Positions 9,224 through 18,500 of a stretch of 64,000 nt of DNA are shown one piece after another. Every line of letters starts with the position of its first letter. Position 1 is the first letter of the stretch. Source of the DNA: an uncultured Nitrospirales bacterium (GTDB lineage Bacteria > Hydrogenedentota > Hydrogenedentia > Hydrogenedentales > CAILVY01); assembly GCA_964474205.1 (NCBI GenBank), contig CAYYRW010000037.1:5599-69598 (forward strand), in the 5' to 3' direction. The notes below the pieces were generated by a model. That model saw nothing but the letters and a program-made list of their open reading frames with translations, was not told the DNA's origin and made no database searches. The translations under genes were made by a program, and so were the position numbers.

Positions 9224-9506
9224 CACCTGATACGACGTGCGTTGGGGCACATCGAAGTCTACAAAATCGCTCAACCGGCCAGCTATATAGACGCGCGTAA
9301 ATAAACCAACAATAACGGTTCACAAAAACGGTTTCATCAGGCCGAGAATATTTTCGGGGTTCTGCTGAATGTTGGCGAAAGTTGTGAACCGGCTCTGACA
9401 CAATTCCTCGGGAGTGTCGAAGTAGACATTGTGGGTTGACTCCATTCGCGTGTAATGCCATACCCATTCCACCGCGTTAAACTCCGGCGAGTAGGAAATC
9501 CGGGGG

Positions 9507-9675
9507 AAATCCGAGGACACCATGTAGAAATATTATTTTCCTGCGGACTTTTATGTATTTTTCTGGCGTGGCACATATAGCGCGCGTAGCCGCGCCGGGG
9601 AAAGCGCATCCTATCCCCCAACGGGGCAACCGGCGGTTGCCCGCTTTTTTCTGCGGTGACGATTATGGCGTCTAC
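9507..9675 (+). mobile_element. decayed RAYT 5' fragment, repeat copy C (shortest, most diverged)
   Basis: ggaaatccgaggacacc…tatagcgcgcgtagccgcgccgggg…caaccggcggttgcccgcttttttctgcggtgacgattatggcgtctac aligns with copies A/B; followed at ~9715-9750 by aattaaatata..cggaatac segment also present after copy B (~6420-6450). Confidence 0.6.
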
Positions 9676-9826
9676 AGAAATTGGGGTCCCACGGGTCCAT
9701 GGAAGCCGAATTAAATATAGTGCCTTCGGAATACGCCGGAATACTGAAAGTCGGGGGAGGCACGAGCGGGAGGGCAGGAGGGACAGATTATTGGACATTG
9801 GACGCGACACTTTATATGATTCGGTC

Positions 9827-11053
9827 ATGAGTAAAACTTCACGGATGATCTCTATATGTTATGGCTGCGGACAGGAGGCGCCGGTGGAGGCGGGGTTTGT
9901 TTGCGCGGGGTGCGGTGAACCGTGCAGTCTTCGTGTGGCGCGGACAATGCCGAGAGAAATGTTGCGGAAGGCGCCGCGGTCCCTATGGCATTACTTTGAT
10001 CTGTTGCCGGTGCAATCGCGGGAGCATGTGGTGAGTCTGGGGGAAGGCGCGACGCCGTTGGTGGCGGCATCCCGCTTGGCAAAACGTTTCGGTTTCGCGG
10101 AACTGCTGTTAAAGAATGAAATGGGCAATCCGACGGGGTCGTTCAAGGACCGGCAGATATCGGTGGGGATCAGTCATGCGCGGGAGATTGGGGCGGACAC
10201 GGTGGCGGTGGTGTCGTCGGGTAACGTGGCGGCGGCCACGGCGGCGTATGCGGCGCGCGCGGGGATGAAGGCGGTGGTGTTGATGCACGCGCACGCGGGG
10301 GCGGGAAAGATGGCCCAGGCGGCGGCGTATGGGGCCAAGGTGGTCCGGGTGGAATCGGATGCCCCAAGCGCTGTTTTCAACTTGTGTCTGGAGGCCTGCA
10401 AGCGTTGGGGCTGGTATCATCTCTCGACGGCGGGCATGTATGAGCCGTATAACGTGGAAGGGGCCAAAACCATCGCGTATGAATTGTATCAGCAATGCGG
10501 TGAAGTGTTGCCGGACTGCATTCTCGCGCCGGTGGGCGGAGGCGGACTTCTCGGCGGACTCTGGCGCGGTTTTTTGGATTTGCAGCGGTTGGGCGCCATT
10601 TCCCGCCTTCCGAAGCTTGTGGGAGTGCAAGCGTCCGGGTGTGCGCCGTTGCGGCAGGCCATCGAAAAAGGATGGTCGTTTCGAGAATCGTTGACGCATC
10701 CATGGCAGAATCCGAAAACCGTGGCGGGGGGCATTGCGGATGATATTCTCTTCGACGGGCATACCGCGCTTCCGGCCATTCGCGCCACCCAGGGTTCCGT
10801 TATCGCAGTGGATGATGATGCAATTATGGCGGGCCGCGATCTCCTTGCGCGCGAAGAAGGGCTTCTATGTGAACTGACGAGTGCCGTGGTGATTGCCGCG
10901 CTCTCGAAGGTTTCCCCGATGCCGTCTGACGCCCGGGCAGGCTGTCTGCTCACCGGCAACGGCATCAAGGAGACCGGGCTGCTGACGGCCAACGCTTCCG
11001 CATTCCCCGCCATTCCCCCGGACGTATCCTCTCTTGCACGGATTCTTGCGTGA
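9827..11053 (+). CDS. thrC: threonine synthase
   Basis: PLP-lysine motif GNPTGSFKDR, N-terminal Cys4 zinc-ribbon (CYGCG…CAGCG) typical of ThrC; start chosen at ATG 9827 (MSKTSRMISICYGCG); the longer ORF from 9656 overlaps repeat copy C. Confidence 0.85.
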   Translation: MSKTSRMISICYGCGQEAPVEAGFVCAGCGEPCSLRVARTMPREMLRKAPRSLWHYFDLLPVQSREHVVSLGEGATPLVAASRLAKRFGFAELLLKNEMGNPTGSFKDRQISVGISHAREIGADTVAVVSSGNVAAATAAYAARAGMKAVVLMHAHAGAGKMAQAAAYGAKVVRVESDAPSAVFNLCLEACKRWGWYHLSTAGMYEPYNVEGAKTIAYELYQQCGEVLPDCILAPVGGGGLLGGLWRGFLDLQRLGAISRLPKLVGVQASGCAPLRQAIEKGWSFRESLTHPWQNPKTVAGGIADDILFDGHTALPAIRATQGSVIAVDDDAIMAGRDLLAREEGLLCELTSAVVIAALSKVSPMPSDARAGCLLTGNGIKETGLLTANASAFPAIPPDVSSLARILA

Positions 11054-11480
11054 GCCTGTTGCCGTGTGTCCATGGGTGTAATTTTTGTGGTCCACAGATT
11101 ACACAGATTTACACAGATTTTTTGCAAGTTAAATCATGTTATCGGTATCGTTATCGCTATCGTTATCGAACCCTGTTCTTGCTCATTTCTTATTCCGTGT
11201 AAATTAAGCCCATCCGCGTCATCAGCGTTCTGTTTACTGATTTCGGCTGGATTTTGCCGAAAACCATAGCATTTCCCAGTATTCACACTGGCTTGAGGAT
11301 TTACCGCTGGGGTATACTTTCCGTGGATGCGTTGAGGAAACGTGCCCACGGGCACATGCCTGAAATGGGATTGTTTCAGGAACGAAACATTCCACGGGAA
11401 ATGAATGTCTAGTTGTGGAGTTCAAAGTGAAGGGGCCAAGAGCATAAACCGAAGTGGCGTAGTATCAGGAGAGGTCAGTA

Positions 11481-14400
11481 ATGAAGTGCAGAATCATGAA
11501 AAAACAATGCATGGGTATGGTGTTGCTTTGCGCCGTGATTATCGGAGCGGCGGGCGGCACGGGCGCGGAAGTTACGGCGATTCCGCGCGTGTTGTTGGTG
11601 GGCGATAGCTGGTCCGGATTCACCCAAGCCTTCAAAAGCTACGACGCGGCGTTCGCCGCGATGCCGGAACTGGCGAAGTATCGCCAGATCGGGTACATGA
11701 CGGCGATCATGGGCGGGCGCGCGAGCGAATTGAACACGCCCACGATGCTTGGGTACATTTCGAGCGAACTGGACAAGTATCCGACCCTGGACATTGTTCA
11801 TTTGAGCCTTGGGGGCAACGATGTGCTCTGGAGCGATGGCTGGCATCCCTGGATGACGCCGCAGCAAGTGCAGGCGCTGTGGGATAATGTCATTGCGAAT
11901 ATTCAGGCGGTGGTGGACCTCATTCTCGCGAAACGCCCGGACATCCGCATTTACATCTGCGGGTATGACTATGCCAATCATGAAAAAGACAATGCCACCA
12001 CCCGTCAGTTGAATGATGCCTTTGTCAGCCTCGAGTTGGCCAAGCGCAATTTCTTTTCCCAGCCGCAATTCAATAACCGCGTGTTTTATGTCCACAATTT
12101 CGGCATGATGCAATGGACCTATGGGGATGCCGAACCGGTCAATGGCCTTCCCGGCTATGCCGCGCACACCGTTCCGCTGCCCGGGGATTATCCCGCGTAT
12201 GATCCGTGGCCCGGCGGCAATCCCGATTACAATTCCCCCCTCGAAGCCTTGATTGATCTGGACATTCACCTCACGCGCGAGGGGTATCAAATTTTGATTC
12301 AACGGTGCATCGATCAATTTGCCGCCACCTGGCTGAGCTATCCGCGGGTGATCGAAATCCTGCCGTTGGACGGAAAAGCGGCTGAGGCCCAATTCCAGGT
12401 TACGTTCAGCGAAGACGTGACGGGAGTGGACGAAACGGACTTCACCGCCGCGTCGGCCAAGATGACCCACCCAATTATCTCGGTAACCGGTTCCGGCTCT
12501 GTGTATACGGTGACCACGGGCGCTTCCGGTGCCACAAGCCCGGTGACGCTTACAGTCATCGATGATGGCTCCATCCTGGATGGCGACAGCCATCCGCTCC
12601 AAGGGGAACTGGACGGCGGGTATGCGGTGAACGGTCCGTTGTTCTATGATAATCCACAGCCCCCCGCGTCCGATGATTTCGAGGCCGCGCTCCGCTTTTT
12701 CAACATTGCCACCGGCCCTTACCAGGAATTCCTGGGCGGATTCAGTTTCAATCCGGCGGTGTGCGACTCGAATGGCGGCATTTCCAGCATTGATCCGCTG
12801 GTGATCAATGGCAATGGCTTGTTGGACAGTTTCGAGTTCGCGGTCATCAAGCGGTGCCTGGATGACGACACGCTGGACCTGAGCGCGACGGGCGGCGTCA
12901 CCCACAGCATTGTGCAAGACGCCTGGGACAACAATTTCGCGCATATGACGGTTAATTGCGGCGGCGCGGACGGACTGCTGCAATTTGTGCTGCCGGGAAC
13001 GAATACGTTTCTTGCGGGGCTTATGACCCTCGGCGACACCCAATCCGCGGCGCTTCCGGTCATGTTGTTGACGGCACTCTGCGCGGTCCGCGAATTTCCT
13101 CCCTCGGTAACGCATGTGACCGCCCCCAACCAAAAGGATTACATCCTCTTGCCGCAATACCTGGGCTTGAATGGCGACGCCGATGGCGATGGATTCACCA
13201 ACCGCCAGGAATACACCTATTTTGCCCCGGGGGGGCGCGACGCCTATCTGGACGCCGTATTGAATCCCAACATTGTTCCGGAGATCACGGAAGGGGAAGG
13301 CGGTGGCGAAGGCGAAGGCACAACGGAAGGCGAAGGCGAACTGGAAGGGGAAGTGCCGGCAGCACTGGATTTCTGTGCCATCATGGATGAGATTTACGCC
13401 ACGACCCAATTGGAGGCGCTGGCGCCCCTCTTGGATTTATTGGGCGATGACGCCGCGCTCATCAGCCTTATCCAATGCGAAATCGCCGATCTGAATGGGC
13501 CGTTTGTGGACACTGATAACCCGCCGGACGGCAGCCCGGATATGCCGGGGCCCAACGGCCTGCTCGATGGCGCGTATGAATTGAACGTGATCGCGGAATT
13601 GATTAATAACGCGGACCGCTATTTGGAACTGCCCAGTGGAACGGCGATGGGCCAAGGGGATATCGGGGTAGACCCGGTGGCCGTGGCGTCCGCGTATGAA
13701 TTCAATTACAGCGCTTTATACAGCCCGTTGGAAGCCCTCCTGCCGGTGATACCGATCATCGTGCAGAATTTGGCGCATGTGACGCTTACGGAAGAGCAAA
13801 CGGATGAAATCCTCAGCCTCTTCCCGAATCTGCTGTCGATCCTCGCGGGGTATGCCACCCTGGGGGATAACGACTCGATTTCCGTCGTGTTGTTCCTCAC
13901 CAATCTGCTGCATGACTTCGCCCCCGCCCTGCCCACCACCGCGGATGGATTCATCACCTTGAACGGCATCTTGGGACCGAACGGAAACGCCGACGGCGAC
14001 GGATACACCAACCGCCAGGAATACAATTTCTTCGCCACGGAATTCATTGAGGAACCGGTCTGCAAGAAATGCGCAAAGACCTTTGATTGGACCGACCCCA
14101 AAACCTATATCCGTGCGGTCCTCAACCCGCGCATCAATCCCGGATTTCCCGACGGCATGCGCGACTTCTGCAAAACCATGGATGACATCTACGCCACCGC
14201 CCAATCGGATACGTTGGCGCCCCTGCTGGACTTGCTGGGCGATGACGCCGCGCTAATCTCACTGATTCTGTGCGATACGGCCGACCTGAACGGGCCGTTT
14301 GTCGATACCGATACCCCGCCCGATGGCAGCCCCGACATGCCGGGCCCCAATGGCCTGCTGGACGGGGCGTATGAATTGGGCGTGCTCGCGCGACTGATTA

Positions 14401-15344
14401 ATTTCCCAGGCTGGTATGCCGGTCTGGCAAGCGGCGCCTTGTCCGGGCAGGTGACCGCGGGCGTGGACGCCTCACTTGTGGGGCCGGCATTTGAGGCCAA
14501 TTACCTCGCGCTCTATGCGCCCCTGGAATCCCTATTGCCGGTATTGCCGATTATCGTGCAAAATCTGGCCCATATCACCTTGACCGAAGACCAGACCGAA
14601 GAAATCCTCAGCCTGTTCCCCAATCTTCTCTCCATTTTGGCGGGATATGCCACTTTAGGGGATGCGGATTCCTTGAGCGTGGTTCTCTTTCTCACAAATC
14701 TGCTCCACGACTTCGCCCCCGCGCTTCCCACCACCCCGGACGGTTTCGTTACCTTGGACGCCATTCTCGGCCCAGACGGCGATGCCGACGGGGATGGCTT
14801 CACCAACCGGCAGGAATACAACAGTGTTATTCCGCAAGACGCGCGCTCCTATGTGGCCGTCGCGTTGGACCCCAGCACCCATCAAACCCCGGGTGAAGGC
14901 GAGATGGAAGGCGAAGGCGCGGTCGAAGGCGAAGGCGCCATCGAGGGCGAAGGCGCCGTTGAAGGCGAAGGCGCCGTTGAAGGGGAAGGCGTTATCGAAG
15001 GAGAGGGCGCTGTCGAAGGGGAAGGCGCCGTCGAAGGCGATCTGCCGCCCCTCGAACATAGCGCGGACCCCGATGGCAATGGCATTATCAGCCTATCGGA
15101 ACTGCTGCGGGTCATTCAGTTCTTCAATTCCGGCGGGTTCCATTGTCAGGCCGGAACGGAAGACGGTTATGCGCCGGGAGCGGGCGATGAATCCTGCACC
15201 CCACACAGCAGCGATTATAATGAACAGGACTGGCACATAAATCTTTCTGAATTGCTGCGGCTGATTCAGTTCTTCAATTCCGGCGGCTATCATGCCTGTC
15301 CGGCGGAAAACACAGAAGACGGATTCTGCCCAGGCGTTGATTAA
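11481..15344 (+). CDS. giant secreted protein: N-terminal SGNH/GDSL-like hydrolase domain, three NGDADGDGFTNRQEY Ca-binding-like motifs, duplicated ~230-aa module, (EGEGAV)n spacer, C-terminal twin dockerin-like module
   Basis: 1287 aa; signal peptide; GDSWSG ... LSLGGNDVLW ... DxxH-like block; modules at ~13354-14030 and ~14160-14820 >70% identical; C-terminus DGNGIISLSELLRVIQFFNSGG…. Confidence 0.7.
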   Translation: MKCRIMKKQCMGMVLLCAVIIGAAGGTGAEVTAIPRVLLVGDSWSGFTQAFKSYDAAFAAMPELAKYRQIGYMTAIMGGRASELNTPTMLGYISSELDKYPTLDIVHLSLGGNDVLWSDGWHPWMTPQQVQALWDNVIANIQAVVDLILAKRPDIRIYICGYDYANHEKDNATTRQLNDAFVSLELAKRNFFSQPQFNNRVFYVHNFGMMQWTYGDAEPVNGLPGYAAHTVPLPGDYPAYDPWPGGNPDYNSPLEALIDLDIHLTREGYQILIQRCIDQFAATWLSYPRVIEILPLDGKAAEAQFQVTFSEDVTGVDETDFTAASAKMTHPIISVTGSGSVYTVTTGASGATSPVTLTVIDDGSILDGDSHPLQGELDGGYAVNGPLFYDNPQPPASDDFEAALRFFNIATGPYQEFLGGFSFNPAVCDSNGGISSIDPLVINGNGLLDSFEFAVIKRCLDDDTLDLSATGGVTHSIVQDAWDNNFAHMTVNCGGADGLLQFVLPGTNTFLAGLMTLGDTQSAALPVMLLTALCAVREFPPSVTHVTAPNQKDYILLPQYLGLNGDADGDGFTNRQEYTYFAPGGRDAYLDAVLNPNIVPEITEGEGGGEGEGTTEGEGELEGEVPAALDFCAIMDEIYATTQLEALAPLLDLLGDDAALISLIQCEIADLNGPFVDTDNPPDGSPDMPGPNGLLDGAYELNVIAELINNADRYLELPSGTAMGQGDIGVDPVAVASAYEFNYSALYSPLEALLPVIPIIVQNLAHVTLTEEQTDEILSLFPNLLSILAGYATLGDNDSISVVLFLTNLLHDFAPALPTTADGFITLNGILGPNGNADGDGYTNRQEYNFFATEFIEEPVCKKCAKTFDWTDPKTYIRAVLNPRINPGFPDGMRDFCKTMDDIYATAQSDTLAPLLDLLGDDAALISLILCDTADLNGPFVDTDTPPDGSPDMPGPNGLLDGAYELGVLARLINFPGWYAGLASGALSGQVTAGVDASLVGPAFEANYLALYAPLESLLPVLPIIVQNLAHITLTEDQTEEILSLFPNLLSILAGYATLGDADSLSVVLFLTNLLHDFAPALPTTPDGFVTLDAILGPDGDADGDGFTNRQEYNSVIPQDARSYVAVALDPSTHQTPGEGEMEGEGAVEGEGAIEGEGAVEGEGAVEGEGVIEGEGAVEGEGAVEGDLPPLEHSADPDGNGIISLSELLRVIQFFNSGGFHCQAGTEDGYAPGAGDESCTPHSSDYNEQDWHINLSELLRLIQFFNSGGYHACPAENTEDGFCPGVD
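14893..15040 (+). repeat. 18-bp tandem repeats (gaaggcgaaggcgccgtc-like) encoding (E-G-E-G-A-V/I)n
   Basis: about 8 in-frame units inside 11481-15344. Confidence 0.9.
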
Positions 15345-15374
15345 CCCATAGACACTGCGCAAATTGACAATAGT

Positions 15375-15414
15375 GCGGCCGGCAACCGGTGTTGGCCGCA
15401 TTTTTTTGTTTTTT
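15375..15414 (+). terminator. rho-independent terminator candidate
   Basis: GC hairpin gcggccgg-caa-ccggtgttggccgc followed by tttttttgtttttt, 30 nt after stop of giant gene. Confidence 0.65.
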
Positions 15415-15520
15415 CACTTGCCTGGGCGCGTGGATCGTGTATACTTAAATCAACGAGGTGGTGCGGATACGCACAAGAGCAGAGAATGAGAATGACAACC
15501 AGCCTTAAGGAGGCGCACAT

Positions 15521-18500
15521 ATGTTGCACGGAAATTGTGTCCCGAAGTATTTCAGTCAACCCCTGACCGGCATGCTTGTTTTTCTGGGAATGGCGTTTCT
15601 ATTCGTTCCATCGGCGCAGGCCGAGTGTGAAGACAATCTATTGCAAAATCCCGGTTTTGAATCGGGGGCGGATGTGAACTGGGCGGATACTTCGAGTTCC
15701 TCGGCGGAGATTATTCAAGCCACTGTGGCCGCCTACGAGGGGAACTACGCGGCGTGGTTTGGAAACGCGGGCCCCGGTGTCACATGGCAACTGGATCAGA
15801 CCATCCAAATCCCGGCCACGGTAAACGCTCATTTGGAATTTTATTTGCGGACCGTGTCCATTGCCGCAGGGGATATATTCCAGGTCCAAATGGATGGCGT
15901 TACGCTGTTTTCGATGAGTGACAGTTCCCCCGGCTATGCCTCGTACACGCTGATTTCGCTGGATGCGTCTCCGTATGCCGACGGCCAATACCATCTGGTG
16001 CGTTTTATGGGAACGATAGCGGGCAGTTTCTTGGTGGACAATGTCTGCATACGCGCACAAGGCCCCCTCTGCACGGTCCTGATTGATTTTGATGATGTCA
16101 CGGCCCCCGGTTTGTTCGCTGATGCCACGCATCTTACAGACGCCTATACGCAAAAGTATGGGGTGACCTTTGAAGGCCCCGGAGGGAATGACGGCGGAGT
16201 GATTCTGACCAGTGATTCCTGGGGCGCCGTCACCGGGGAAAGTGTCCCGAATTTCCTGGCATTCGACACCTATGGCAATCTTTCCGATGGCGGTACCGCG
16301 CAGGGGCCGGAGACCGTGTACTTCCGAACCCCCGTGGACGGCGTAAGCATGAAAGTAGGCACCGGCACGGGAGGCAGCGCCACCATCGAGGCCTATGATA
16401 ACAACAGTATGGTTATCGCCACCCAAACCGTCACCCTGGGATTCCCGATGCAAACGGTGGCCCTGTCCGTCCCTGGGATTCAATACCTGTCCATTTCGTT
16501 CACCGATTCCACGTTCTTACTGGATGATCTGTGCATTTATGGAGATCCTAATGCGGAATCCTGTTCGGACACGGCCTTTTTCAGCCAAAAACCCCTCAGC
16601 CCATGGGAGACATGGAATGGGTATCCCAGCAACACAGGAAACGATTCCATTATCTACGAGAATTTTTCCAATCTTGCCAAGGCCATCCAACGCGTCCGGT
16701 GGTGGGGATTTGGAGTGGTGCCGGGATATACCGATTGCACGCCTCCGGGCAGTTCGTTTGAAATTTCCCTATGCTACAACAATAGCGGCCTGCCCGGATA
16801 CCCGTTCTACACGGAAACCGTGACGGCCTTGATGAATGAAACCGGACGGGTGTTTGCCGGTTTGGACAACTTTCGCGAATTCCGCTTTGAAGCGGAGTTT
16901 GCCAATCCCCAAAACATCACCGACGGATGGATCATGATCAAAGGCCTGGGCGATTTCTCCACCTGCGGCTTCTACTGGCTGCTGTCGTCCGAGGGGGACA
17001 ATCTCTCCGCCACCGCCGATGAAGCCGGCACAACCTTTAACGCGAACACGTACAATTTCTCTCTTTGCCTGGACACCGGCCCCGGATTCAGGGAAGAATG
17101 CGCGATGGGTTCCGCGTTTTCACAGCGCCCCTCTACCCCGAACTCCATTGCGGAATCCGCAGAGTATTTCTTCAGCAGTCAGTCGCTGGAGTATACCGCC
17201 TACGAGAACTTCTCCGGGCTCACCTGGCCCGTGAAGCACATCACATGGTGGGGTATTGATTATTCCGGCTCCTTTAGCCCCTGCCTGCGCACCACGGGCG
17301 ACTTTACCATCACCGTCTACAATGACGCCGCCGGTCAACCGGGCAGTTCCGTGCTCCAGGAAACTTTGACCGCCACCCGCGTGGAAACCGGGCGGCAATG
17401 GTTATATGGGGCGAATTATTTTCCCGAATACCGCTATGAGGCGGAATTAACAGGTCAGATCGACTTGACGGAGGGTTGGATTTCCATCTATGGCGACAAT
17501 GAAGACGGGGGCTGCGGTTTCGTCTGGGCCAGTTCACCCGTGGGCGATAAATTGTTTTATACTCAGCAGGGCAACAATCCCCCCGTGAGTCAGACCGGAT
17601 TTTCTGATCTAAGTCTTTGCCTCGACACCTACACAGGTCCGGAACAATTCTGCATGGACAAAAGTCAAGCCGGTCAAATCCCGGACAGCCCCCTGGGCAC
17701 CGGGGTGAATTCGGCGCCGAGCGGAGATGATAGCGCCAAACTTGCCTATGAGAAATTCACCGCCCACTGGCCGATCACCAGCCTCCGGTGGTGGGGCGGA
17801 GCCCTCGGGACGGGCTGCTCCAACTATCAGATCGCATTCTATGAGGATAACGGCGGACAGCCCGGCAACGTGGTCCACCAAGAACAGGTTTCCGCCACAC
17901 AGGAACCCACGGGAAGAACCTTCTTTAGCGGCGGCCTGGTCGAATACCAGTTCGACGCTGTCCTGGCCACGCCGTTAACCCTGCGCAACGGCTGGGTGTC
18001 CATTGCGGGCATCAACGGCTCCGGGTGCGGCTTTGCATGGCTCACCGCCCCTTGGGGCGATGGCTTATCGTATTCGCAAACGCCTCCGGAAACGGGACCC
18101 TTCACCGATCTGGGCCGGGATTTGGCCCTATGCCTCGGGGCGGACACCGGGCCCGCGCAAACCTGCGCACCCCATGTCATGACGGGGCAGCCCAGCATGG
18201 ACCCCCTCACTCCCGGGACTAATGGATGGTTTAGCGACGAATTGCTGAATTATGCCACGTATGAGAATTTCTCCGGGCTTGCCGACTCCATAACAGACCT
18301 TTATTGGTGGGGGATTGATTACAATTATGGACTATGCACCCGCACCAGTAACACCTATCAAATTACGTTCTATGAAGACAATGCGGGCCAGCCGGGAGTC
18401 ATTGCCGCCCAATCGGTTGTCACTCCCAAGCGAACCCTGACCGGACGCACCTTCTCTTTCGGTGATTCCTACCCCGAATCCCTGTTCCATGCACGGTTAT

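Noticed and set aside
9337-9828. 163-aa minus-strand ORF over repeat copy C
   Set aside because: Same antisense peptide (AIIVT.EKSGQPPVAPLGD) appears opposite copy A (5271-5546); an artefact of the repeated sequence, not a gene
11475-13409. 644-aa minus-strand ORF
   Set aside because: Antisense to the 1287-aa secreted protein gene
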